Below are positions 50,527 through 61,863 of a DNA stretch of 64,000 bases, one piece after another. Under the pieces are notes generated by a model. The model had not been told where the DNA came from and made no database searches. It was given only the letters and a program-made list of their open reading frames with translations. The stretch lies in NCBI RefSeq assembly GCF_030028105.1, contig NC_092389.1, forward strand, positions 26,909,308 to 26,973,307, written 5' to 3'. The stretch's first letter is position 1; every line of letters begins with the position of its first letter. This stretch comes from Mobula birostris. Taxonomy: Eukaryota. A program made the position numbers and the translations under genes.

Positions 50527-51277
50527 TTAGAACTTAGAACATAGAAATCTACAGCACACTGCAGGCCCTTCAGCCCACAATGTTGTGCCAACCGTGTAAC
50601 CTAATCTAGAAACTGCCTAGAATTTCCCTAGCGCATAGCCCTCTATTTTTCTAAGACCCATGTACCTATCTGAGAGTCTCTTAACAGACCCTGTTGTATC
50701 CGCCTCCACCACTGTTGCCAGCAGTGCATTCCACGCACCCACCACTCTCTGTGTGAAAAACTTACCTCTGACGTCCCCTCAGTACCTACTTCCAGGCACC
50801 TTAAAACTTTGCCCCCTCATGTTAACCATTTCAGCCCTGGGAAAAAGCCTCTGGCTACCCACACAATCAATACCTCTAACCATCTTATACACATCTATCA
50901 GGTCACCTCTCACCCTCTGTCGCTCCAAGCAGAAAAGGCCAAGTTCACTCAGCCTGTTTTCATAAGGCATGCTCTCCAATCCAGTCAACATCCTTGTAAA
51001 TCTCCTCTGTGCTCTCTCTATAGTATCTACAACTTTCCTGTAGTGAGGTGACCAGAACTGAACACAGTACTCCAAGGGGGATCTGACCAAGGTCTTTTTA
51101 GCTGGAACATCTCCTCTCAACTCTTAAACCCAATCTCACAGTTGATGGATGCCAACACACCATACGCCTTCATAACACACTGTCAACCTGTGCAGCAGCT
51201 TTGAGTGTCCGATGGACATGGACCCCAAGATCTCTCCGATCTTCCACACTGCCAAGAGTCTTACCATTTACACAAGT
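50527..51277 (-). mobile_element. CR1 LINE 3' fragment
   Basis: LVRSPLEYCVQFWSPHYRK..AQRRFTRML..RGDLIDVYKMV and EDRRDLGVHV. Confidence 0.9.
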
Positions 51278-51999
51278 AATTCCCACCGAAACATTGCAAA
51301 AGGACCAAAACTGCACAGGAATGGGAATGGTCAATTCTTCAAAAAATTGCATTCAGCAACTTGACAGAAGTTACATTCAACTCTGATACTTTAATCTATG
51401 CTGAGATAATTGGTGGTATGGAGCATTATATTTTCTTACCCACCCATTACTTGGATTGGGTATTTGACGAATTTGACGAATCCCCTTCATAGATGAGAGG
51501 GGGAAAATAAGCAATGTGTTTGAAAACACTGAATGAATTGGCAAGAGTATTTTTAGAGAAACTACACTCAGTAGCCACTTTATTAGGTATCTCCAGTACC
51601 TAATAAAGTGGCCACTGAATGCATGTTTGTGGTCTTCTGCTGCTGTAACCCAGCCACTTCAAGGTTCGATGTGTAGTGCATTCAGGGATGTTTTTCTGCA
51701 CACCACTGTTGTGACATGCGGTTATTTGAGTTACTGTCACCTTTTTGTCATCTTGAACCAGTCTGGCTATTCTCCCCTGACCTCTCTTATTAACAACGCA
51801 TTTTTGCCCACAGAACCGCCACTCACTGGGTGCTTTTTGTTTTTTGCACCATTCTCTGTAAGCTCTAGGGACAGTTGTGCATGAAAATCTCAGGAGATCA
51901 CCAGTGTCTGAGATACTCAAACAACTCATCTGGCATCCAGTAAGATGACAGCTTGCTCGAACACAGCGGCTTCTATGAGACCGACCAAAGGTGTTATTG

Positions 52000-52686
52000 C
52001 AACACACATCAAAGTTGCTGGTGAACGCAGAAGGCCAGGCAGCATCTGTAGGAAGAGGTGCAGTCGATGTTTCAGGCTGAGACCCTTCGTCAGGACTAAC
52101 TGAAGGAAGAGTGAGTAAGGGATTTGAAAGTGGGAGGGGGAGGGGAGATCCAAAATGATAGGAGAAGACAGGAGGGGGAGGGATGGAGCCAAGAGCTGGA
52201 CAGGTGATAGGCAAAAGGAGATATGAGAGGATCATGGGACAGGAGGTCTGGGAAGAAAGACAAGGAGTGGGGGGGGGGGGGACCCAGAGGATGGGCAAGA
52301 GGTATATTCAGAGGGACAGAGGGAGAAAAAGGAGAGTGAGAGAAAGAGTGTGTGCATAAAAATAAGTAACAGATGGGGTACGAGGGGGAGGTGGGACCGT
52401 AACGGAAGTTAGAGAAGTCGATGTTCATGCCATCAGGTTGGAGGCTACCCAGAGGGAATATAAGGTGTTGTTCCTCCAACCTGAGTGTGGCTTCATCTTT
52501 ACAGTAGAGGAGGCCGTGGATAGACATGTCAGAATGGGAATGGGATGGGGAATTAAAATGTGTGGCCACTGGGAGATCCTGCTTTCTCTGGTGGACAGAG
52601 TGTAGGTGTTCAGCAAAGCGGTCTCCCAGTCTGCGTCGGGTCTCGCCAATATATAAAAGGCCACATCAGGAGCACCGGATGGTGTT
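52000..52686 (-). mobile_element. Penelope-like element (Neptune-type): GIY-YIG 3' part and pLTR
   Basis: CGLLYIGETRRRLGDRFAEH..PVATHFNSPSHSHSDMSIHGL..EEQHLIFPLGSLQPDGMN. TSD AAAGGTGTTATTG (51987-51999 / 52687-52699). Confidence 0.92.
52061..52098 (-). ncRNA. Minimal type I hammerhead motif (CpG-decayed)
   Basis: Minus strand reads TAGTC-CTGACGA-A-GGGTCTCAGCCT-GAAAC-ATC-GACTG. Confidence 0.7.
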
Positions 52687-53954
52687 AAAGGTGTTATTGT
52701 ATTTTTTTAAATCTTATCTTTTACAATTGCTGGACACTAAGAACCTAAAGTATTGTAGGTGTACACCATCAGCGAGTTGCTTGTTGGTGGAGAAACTGAA
52801 GGAGCTGGACTTTGTGCAGAGTGTGTTGCTGCCTGAGACAGAGAGGCATTGGAATTGGTGCACAAAGGCAGTGTGCGGTCTAACAGTCAGTGATTGGCTT
52901 AGTCGCTTTTCTTGTGATCGCAAGACCCTGTTGGACACTGATAATGAGGAATACTGCAAGTCTGATTCACTGGTTTAATGGTGAATGGCAGGGAGGGATG
53001 GCAGGGGAGTTATGTGGCCTCTGTCACAGCAAGGACTGGGCCTCAAGCTGCACTGTTGCCTGTTTGCAGCAGCCCAAGAGAGAGGTGCCAGAGGCAGAGC
53101 GGCAAGGCAGTGCTGCAACATTCATGGACTCAGGGACTTGGACCATATTTTTTTTTGTGTGACTGTATTTTACTTCTATCTTACATGTGCTTTATATGTG
53201 CCTTGTGCTCTGTATGACTGTCGGTACTGTGTTTTGCACCTTGGCCCTGGAGTAACACTGTTTCATTTGGCTTTATTCATGGATACTCATGTATGGCTGA
53301 ATGACAATTAAACTTGAACTTGTACAATCATTCCATGGCCAAAATCACTTAGATCACATATCTTTCCCATTCTGATCTCTGGTCTGAACAACAACTGAAA
53401 CTCTTAAACATGTCTGCATGCGTTTATGCTGCCGCATCATGGACTGATTAGATATTTGCATTAATGCGTAGGTTAATGAGGTACACTGAGTGTATCTCCT
53501 CCACCAGAGAATGAGAGAATGGAAGAATGGAGTCTTAAAATGGAGGTCAGCTAGTACAGATTAAAATCTTTCTGCTCAAAGTGTGCAGAAAAGACCTGGA
53601 ACTCTTGCACAGCACCACTGAGCACACAATACATGTAAACTCCGTATGATGTATGGAGTTACTGGCAATTCATACATTTTAACAAGTCTTTAAAAACATT
53701 AGGGTGAATTCCAGGTGACCGCTCATTGCAGGTAAAAAGACACATGGGGAATTCACTCTGCAGTGATCTAGTAGCTGTTGGCTCCCATCAGATAGGTTAT
53801 AAATGGAAGCAAAAGGCAAATGCTCGCTGACTAATCCCAGCATCTGGTGAGCATAGAAACTACGTGGCTTGAGGAACCTGATTTATGCTCTCTGTTAACG
53901 ATGGAAACTGGGAGACAATGACCAAGAAACAGCAAATTGGCAGATAACAAAACT

Positions 53955-54520
53955 TACCCGGCAATGGAGACTGCACTGTGGTGGACAGGAAGGTTTTACT
54001 ACGAGTAATTAAAACTGTCCAACCAGCCTATCCGCCATCAAGGATAGGTATATAAAAGGATGCCGGGAAAGAAAGCCAGTAATATCACGAACAACCCCCC
54101 CCCCCCCACCCTGCTTGTGGAGTGTTTTTCCCACTCCCATCAGGCAACGTCCACAGCAGGACCACTAGACTCAAAAACAATTACTTCCCCTAACCCATCA
54201 AGCTGGGTCAACACCTCCACCCATTAACTCACCCCACCACCCCAGAATCCGCATCAGACACTTCATCACTTCCTGTTCAGATAGTCCTGCACGCAGCGTC
54301 ACTTAATGTACCTACAGTCTTGTAAATAGGCTAATCTCATAGATGTACAGACACACTCAATCGTTACTTGTTCATTGTGTGTTATAGGATTGCTTTTATA
54401 TCTGTATTTCTTCCATTTTTATGCATTTTGTGTTTTTCACGTTGCCTCAGATCCAGAGTGACAATTATTTTGTTCTCCTTTACACCCGTGAACTGAAGAA
54501 TGACAATAGACGGTCTTGAA
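53955..54520 (+). mobile_element. Rex1/Babar LINE 3' fragment
   Basis: GNGDCTVVDRKVLLRVIKT and RLKNNYFP remnants. Tail GAATGACAATAGACGGTCTTGAATCTT. Confidence 0.7.
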
Positions 54521-54530
54521 TCTTCCCAAA

Positions 54531-54839
54531 CACGAGGAAATCTGCAGATGCTGGAATTTCAAGCAACACACATAAAAATCGCTCATGATCCTCTCATATC
54601 CCTTTTGCCAATCAACTGTCCAGCTCTTGGCTCCATCCCTCCCACTCCTGTCTTCACCGATCATTTCGGATCTCCCCCTCCCCCTCCCCCTCCCCCTCCC
54701 CCTCCCACTTTCAAATCTCTTACTAGCTCTTCTTTCAGTTAGTCCTGACGAAGGGTCTCGGCCCGAAACGTCGACTGCACCTCTTCCTAGAGATGCTGCC
54801 TGGCCTGCTGCATTCACCAGCAACTTTTATGTGTGTTGT
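54531..54839 (+). mobile_element. Young fold-back PLE mini-insertion
   Basis: A short inverted 3' end (54528-54580) precedes a forward pLTR that is nearly identical to 52000-52235. Perfect 15-bp TSD TTGAATCTTCCCAAA (54516-54530 / 54840-54854). Confidence 0.9.
54740..54777 (+). ncRNA. Intact minimal type I hammerhead ribozyme motif
   Basis: Stem I UAGUC/GACUG, core CUGACGA (54745-54751), extra A, stem II GGGU-CUCG-GCCC, GAAA, palindromic stem III AC/GU. Predicted cleavage after GUC at 54772. Confidence 0.85.
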
Positions 54840-55201
54840 TTGAATCTTCCCAAATCCTTTAAGAATCATCACTGATAGAGCCTGAGTGACCAATCAAATA
54901 CAAGCAACAGTCAGTTTAATGGGAACAACGGGGAGCAGGTGAAAGATGCAGTGTGATTGGGTGGCTGTGCTGGCAGCACATATCTGAAATTAGATGAGGG
55001 AAGCAAAAGATGGAGATGTGCACTGATGTCAAAAGGGTGCAAAGCACTCATTTAACAATACTAGAGCAAACCTGTGCCTTGCAGCCAGACATGGGCCCAC
55101 AGTGTGCAAAGACAGAGGTCTGCGTTAGCATTTTAAAAGAGCACCTGGACTTACCTGGGCAACTGTCAGAGGCCCTCTGAATCCAGGTAAGTTTTTTGGG
55201 C

Positions 55202-55342
55202 AGACAATAGACAATAGACAATAGGTGCAGGAGTAGGCCATTCAGCCCTTCGAGCCAGCACCGCCATTCACAGTGATCATGGCTGATCATGCACAATCAG
55301 TATCCAGTTCCTGCCGTATCCCCATAACCTTTGATTCCGATT
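55202..55342 (-). mobile_element. CR1 3' end
   Basis: (AGACAAT)n tail, then GGTGCAGGAGTAGGCCATTCAGCCC. Confidence 0.85.
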
Positions 55343-56756
55343 GCAATTGCTCTCAGTGACCGTGCCCTCCTCCCCTCTTGTCACCCAATCCCTGTGACAT
55401 ACACTCCCCACAGCCAGTTCTTTCCCTGTGTTTACACCTTCCACAATATCAGCAAATTGCAGAGGAAAGCCTAAAGTTCATGGCATTGGGCCTGTTCCGC
55501 CATGCATGGTGCTTGGAGCAACCAATACAATGCGCAAAATTAGTTGTGGTACCATGCACAGCTTCCCTATCAAGAGCAATTCCAGGCCACTGTTTTTGGC
55601 AGTGCAATTTCCCAAGAGAAGCAGGATTTAGCATGTAGAAATGCAAATCACTCTTCCAGTGCAAACTACAATATGCCCAGGGCTTACAAAATCTCACAGA
55701 TCTCCTTTGTGATATATTGCACAAAATAGAGCATGTACTGCAGTTCATGCTGTTGATTCAATAATTATTTGTAACAAATCCTGGTTCAAGCTATCTGAAA
55801 GCAACTTTCTTTCTTACATCCAATCAAAACAAGTCATCAAGAAGAAATTACTGCTGCTATAACCACAGAATATGCACTTCTTTAAGGAGAAACTGCATTA
55901 GCAAATTGAATGTGTTTTGTTCTGTTTGTTGTACTTACGTTTCCATTAGACTCGAGGGCGTTGAAGTGAAGGATTTACTTTGAGTTACTCTGGTTGGGAA
56001 TAAACTGCATTACTGAGCAAGTCTTAAAACTCCCCAGAATGATCTTTGTCAGAAGAAAATTCAAACAGAAACGCTTTTCACTGAATTTTTAAATTAAGCA
56101 GAACCCACCTTTGGCAGCAACTGCATATTGGAGAGAGTTAAATAAAAATAATGTTCTCTGAGCCAAATAAATCCAAAAGTTCACAATTACCTGGCTGAGG
56201 TTAGACCCTATTTATTTTATTGGCTCAATAAAAGAGGCAATGGGGAAAGGCAAGTTAAGTTTATTGTTTCACTTCAATTTAATGTGCATAACTTTTTATT
56301 TACTTTTTAAAGATTACAAGTTGGTCTTCAAACTATTTAAACCATAAGACAAAGGAGCAGAATTAGACCAATCTTCCCATCGAGTCTCTCCGCCATTTTA
56401 TCATGGCTGATTTATTTTCCCTTTCAACCCCATTATCCTGCCTTCGTCCTGTAACCTATGACGTCCTGACTAATCAAGGACCTATCAACCTCTGCTTTAA
56501 ATATGCTCAGTGATCTGGACTCCACAGCCGTCTGTGGCAATAAATTCCACAGATTCATCACCCTCAAATTGAAGAAATTTCACCTCATCTCTGGTCCTAG
56601 ACTCTCACATATTCTCAATGTCCACTTTTTCTAGGCTTTCAAAATTTGGTAGGTTTCAGTGAGATCCCCCTGCCTTCCCATTCCCCCATTCTTCTAAACA
56701 CCAGCGAGCACAGATCCAAAGCCATCAAACGCCCTTCATTCGTTAACCCTTTGAAT

Positions 56757-56960
56757 TTTTAGCGGTACAGCACGGTAACAGGCCCTTCCAGCCCAACCAG
56801 CCTGTGCAGCCCAACTACACCCACATGACCAGTTAAGATACTAACCCGTACGTCTTTGGAATGTGGATGGAAACCGGAGCACCTGGAAGAAACACACGCA
56901 GATGCAGGGAGGGTGTACAAATTCCTCACAGACAGCAGCAGGATTTGAATCTGGCACACT
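56757..56960 (-). mobile_element. V-SINE inserted in the CR1 RT
   Basis: B-box GATTCAAATCC, V-domain GTGTTTCTTCCAGGTGCTCCGGTTTCCATCCACATTCCAAAGACGTAC on the minus strand. Confidence 0.85.
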
Positions 56961-59761
56961 GGCCAATCTTCTGTCCATGCTAGTACCTTTCCTGTAATAC
57001 CATGGGCTCTTATCTTGTTAAGCAACCTCTTGTGATCAACCTTGTCAAAGACCTTCTGCAAATCTAAGTAAACACCATCCACTGACTCTCCTTTGTCTAT
57101 CCTGCCTGTTATTTCCTTAAATAATTCCAACAGATTTGTCAGGCAAGATTTTCCCCTTAAGGAACTATGCTGACTTTGGCATACTTTATCATGTGCATCC
57201 AAGTATCGCAAGACCTCATCCTTAATAGTGGACATCTTACCAACCACTGAAGTCAGGCTAACAGGCCTATAATTTCCTGTATTTTGCCTCACCCTTCTTA
57301 AAGAGTGGTGTGACATTTACAATTTTCCAGTCATCTGGAACCATTCCAGAATCTACTGATTCTTGAAAGATCATTACTAATGCCTCCACAATCTGTTCAG
57401 CTACAGGAGTGTAGTCCCTCTGGTCCTGGTGACTTATCTACCTTCAGACCACTCAGCTTCCCAAGCACCTTCTCCTTAGCAATAGGGACTACACCCACTT
57501 CTGTCCCATGAAACTCTCGAATTTCTGGCATACTGCCAATGTCTTCCACAGTGAAGAATGATGCAAAATACTTATTCAATTTGTTCGTCATTTCTTTGTC
57601 CCCCATTACTACCTCTCCAGCATCATTTTCCAGTGGTCTGATATCCACTCTTGCCTCTCTTTTACTCATTACATATGTGAAAATACTTCTAGTTTCCTCT
57701 TTTATATTATTGGCTTGCTTACCTTCATATTTAATCTTTTCTCTTCTTCTTGCTTTTTAGTTGCCTTCTGTTGGATTTTAAAAGCCTCCCAATCCTCTAA
57801 CTTCGCACTAATTTTTGCAATATTATATGCCATCTCTTTCGCACTTATGCTGTCCTTGACTTCCCCTGTCAGCCATAGTTGCCTCATCCTCCCTTTAGAA
57901 TGCTCTTCTTCTTCTTCTTTGGGATGAACCGATCCTGTGTTTTCCGAATTACTTCCAGAAACTCCAGCCATTGCCTCTGCCAGCTTCCCTGCTAGTGTCC
58001 CCTTTCAATCATCTTCGGACAACTACTTTCTCTCATGCCTCTGTAGCAATGTAATACCAATACATCTGACTTCAACTTCTCCTTCTCAAACTTCCTCGCA
58101 TTCGCAGGGTGTATTCTATCATATTAAGATCACTGCCTCCTAAGGGTTCCCTTAAATTAAGCTCCCTAATCAAATCTGGTTCATTACACAACATCCAATC
58201 CAGAATTGCCTTCTCCCAAGTGGGCTCGACCACAAGCTGTTCTAAACGCCACCTTGTAAGCATTCCACAAATTCCTGCTCTTGGGATCCAGCACCAACCT
58301 GAATTTCCCAATCTAACTACATATTGAAATCCCCTATCACTATTGTAACATTGCCCTTTGTACATGCCTTTTCTGCCTCTCATTGTAATTTGTACCCCAC
58401 ATTCTGGCTACTGTTCAAGGGCTTATAAATAACTCCCATCAGTGCATTTTGCTGCTTGCAATTTCTTAACTCTACCCACAAGGATTCTGTATCCTACGTC
58501 ACTTCTTTCTAAAGATTTGATTTCACTTTTTATCAACAGAGCCACCCCACCCCTCTGCCTAACTATCTGTCCTTTCAGTACAATGTGTATCCTTGGATGT
58601 TAAGCTCCCAACTATGATCTTCTTTCAGCCACAATTCAATGATGCCCACAATATCATGCCTGTAATCTCTAACTGTGCTGCAATACCATCTACCTTACTC
58701 CGTATACTGTGTGCATTCAAATATAACACCTTCAGTCCTGTATTCACCACCCTTTTCGATTTTGTCTCCCTGTTACATTAACTTAAATTCTTATCCCTTT
58801 CTAACATGTAAGTATTTTTTATTCTTGAGATTTCTTTAAACGCTCTTGCACTCTTTTCCTTTACTCATACTTTTCCAAGCTGTTGAACCAACCCCGACTA
58901 TTAAAGTCCAATCCACAGCTCTAGTTATGTAATTTTTAAGGGCCTTGGTGGAGCCTGTCCCATCAGAGCAGCTCCCTCCTTCTTCAGTACTGGTGCCATT
59001 GTTCCACAAATACAAACCAATTCTCCCATACAACCTTTGAGCTACGCATTTAACTCTCTGATCTTATTAACCCTGTTCCAATTTGCATGTTCCTCAGGTA
59101 ACAATTACCTTCTTGGTTCTGCGTTTAAATTTAGTCCCTAACTGCTCAAATTCCACAAGACCATAAGACACAGGAGCAGAATTAGGCCATTCAGCCCAGC
59201 AGAGACCACTCAGCAGATCTTTCCTTGTTCTTCCTCTGCCATTGGTACCCACATGGATCAAGACAACCGAACTCTTCCCTGCCCATTCCAAATTCCTCTG
59301 CAGATCAGATGCAATGCCCAGAACCTCCCTCTCCCGCCTCTTGAATGCCTCCCTGAACCACAGTGCCACAGTTTGGTTGCTGCCTACAGGCCCCACTCTC
59401 ATCCTCACAGGGAGCAACAACCTCAGAACCTTTGGGCAAGCTCAAGCGCTGAGGCTCTGCCTGTGGGATCCCCCTACCTGCCTCACTCACAATCACACCC
59501 TCTTGCCCCTAAAGTATTTAATCTAATGGGTATGACTGCCTCCTGAAACACAGTGTCCAGGTAACTTGTCCTCTCCGTGATGTATCACAGTGTTTAAAGC
59601 TCAGATTCCAGATCATCAACTTTGAGCCTGAGTTCCTCGAGCAGCCAACACTTGCTGCAGATGTGGTTACCAGGAACCACAATGGGGTCCACCAGCTCCC
59701 ACATCATGCAGCTACAACACGTCTCCTGATCCTGCATCACTATTCGATTTAATTTGTTGTA

Positions 59762-60963
59762 CACTCAGACCCCACATAACACCACCCCGCATAGCGCTGA
59801 TTCCTTACAATGCAGTTATTCAATTTTTTATTGAATTTTTTTTAAATGAGAAAAATTCATTCTAAACAACATCTAAAGCTTCTCAAGAGCGTCTGCCATT
59901 ACTGTAAACATTCAATCAGCCAATGAGAGCGTTTTACATACCCTCTGAGCTACTCACAGCCAATCACGTATTAGTGCATGCTCTGGCTCCCCCTTGTGTG
60001 TAAACGTTCTTGCTCCCTCGCCAATATATTCCAATTTTTTTCACCCATAATGTCTGGAAAACAGCCTGCAACTTCCAGTGAGGGGAGTACATCTAAGATG
60101 TGGAGGAAAAGCATTAGCATGGATGTGAAACTGCTGAGCATCAGGTTGACATTGGCACCTCTGAAACAGGCCACATCGACGACCAGAACAATTATTTAAA
60201 AAATGCAGATAAGATAAAAGCTCCTCCCAAGGCAAGATGCATTTTCAATCATATTCAAGAAAAAGATAAGTTGGTAACAATCACAGCCAGCAGAGGTTGG
60301 TTTGACAGATTTAAACAGTCCAGTAACCTCTATAGCATACATATCTCTGGTGAAAAGGCTAATGCAGACAGCAAGAGCCTTAATAACGAAGAGCTTCAAG
60401 AATTGGCAGAGCAATGCATCCTGGGTGAATCTGAGGATGGAGAAGAGGAAACACCAGCAAGAAACCTCACCACAAAATTCTTCAGCACTAGCATCACCAC
60501 AATCTCACAAATCATGGACTAGTTCATCGATATTGAGCCTGGCTGGGAGCAAAGCAATAAGACAAATAGACGTATTCTCAGCATGATTTCCTGCTACTGA
60601 GAACTGCTTCATGAGAGGAAATTTAAGAAAAGGCAATCAAATCTCAATGCCTACTTGAAGAAGAGGTCAAAGTCAGAGGAGAACCCTTAGCCTGGTCTCT
60701 CCTCTAAGATGTAACCACCACCTACTTCCCTCCGCTGTTGCTGCTCCACTGATATACAGCTTAGGCCTATTTCTGTGTTTGTTACTCCACAAATTACTGT
60801 GTATATAAATAAAACAATATATCATATACCTCAGGTTTGATTTATTTAAAAATCAGGCACATATGCACATTTACATAATGTTATAATGACCCTGCATAGC
60901 GCTGATTTACATAGCTCTCCACCTCCAAGTAACGCATCCTCAGTGTTAAGCGGGGTCTGAGTG
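59762..60963 (+). mobile_element. Internally deleted pogo/Tigger-family DNA transposon
   Basis: TIR CACTCAGACCCCACATAACAC / GTGTTAAGCGGGGTCTGAGTG, with TA on the left. RKSISMDVKL and TASRGWFDRFK..ISGEKANAD (CENP-B-type HTH) join directly to an acidic C-terminus and KKRQSNLNAYLKK. Confidence 0.88.
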
Positions 60964-61254
60964 CAATTTGGTGTAGTTTTAGTTAATTCCTAAATTTAAA
61001 AAAAAATTACCTCTTCTTACCTGTTATTCGCCGTGCTTCATTACCAAAACCTCTTGAGCCAAATCCTCAGAACTTAAGACTCCTCAACTAGTCCACTCAC
61101 ACTCTTTGGCTGGTCCAAAATGGCGTCTTGGACCTTGGCCTCCATCTCTTCTCACCCTAGTCTCTAGACTCAAAGTCTCAGTCCCCCACTCTAATCTGTC
61201 CAATCCAACAATGGCTGCTCCTACAATGGCACGCTACTGGAGTCCAAGGTGTTT

Positions 61255-61863
61255 TGGGACAGCAGGGCTAATAGTCTTCATTTCAGACGGCTAGGCAGAA
61301 ACCGCAGACATGATTCTATGCAGGGATAGGTGGAGTTCATCCAGTGTACTCTGCCATGTTCTTTTGATTGACTGTAAATGAACAAAATCAGCGCAGTCAC
61401 CTAGTGCAGATAATGCACTGGCTTTCAACGTTGCATCCTCCAAATCTTCATTTTCATTGTAACATTCAAGATGATTGCTGACACCTTCCAATTCTTTGTA
61501 TTTCCTAGCCTGTTGAATGCTTGAACCCACAGTGAGCAAAACAGTTCTCTTACTGCTTATTTCTCACAAACTATCAGTGACAAAAGTCACTGCTTTTTGA
61601 ACACGAACACACACAACTGACGCTATTTAAAAACTGCTCACTCGAAGCACAGTGTAGTGCTTAATGGCCCCACAAAGTGCACGTGATTGATGCTAGTTAG
61701 AAACTGTTTGGCAACAGTCTCCTGTCCCAACTAAGTGGCACAGTGTCCCAGATAAACAAAGGGAATCCCGGCTATTTTCTCGATTTAGTTTTTGTTCCTT
61801 AAGGGTTTTCCCAAATAGTGGCTGCCCCAATTAACCGATGGCCCAATTAACCAGAATCCACTT
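61255..61863 (-). mobile_element. Second Tigger-like element fragment
   Basis: Right end CCCAATTAACCGATGGCCCAATTAACCAGAATCCACT resembles Tigger TIRs. Acidic C-terminal remnant LECYNENEDLEDA. Confidence 0.55.

Larger units (their letters stand above)
51936..53322 (+). mobile_element. Long non-coding Rex1-tailed retroposon, interrupted by a PLE
   Basis: 5' CCAGTAAGATGACAG (AAGATGGCG-like). 3' GAATGACAATTAAACTTGAACTTG tail matches the Rex1 tails at 13790 and 45016. Confidence 0.65.
51565..53492 (-). mobile_element. Tc1-derived non-autonomous DNA transposon, split by nested insertions (51565-51935 and 53323-53492)
   Basis: TA-CACTCAG..CTGAGTG-TA ends. Remnant RGQGRIARLVQDDKKVTVTQIT..HRTLKWLGYSSRRP matches the Tc1 transposase HTH. 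Confidence 0.8.
56340..61250 (-). mobile_element. Near full-length CR1 LINE (5'UTR, ORF1, ORF2, 3'UTR) with nested insertions and an RT deletion
   Basis: ORF1: CCSCMMWELVD..HICSKCWLLEELRLKVDDLE and VVLIHVGTN (esterase-like). ORF2: EPTWEKAILDW..LGGSDLNMIE, KSPGPEGLH, NYRPVSLTSVVGK, GKSCLTNLLE, YLDLQKVFDKV. The 5' boundary is approximate. Confidence 0.88.

Noticed and set aside
55149-55170. U1 snRNA pseudogene
   Set aside because: The match is limited to ACTTACCTGG. Downstream sequence does not follow U1.
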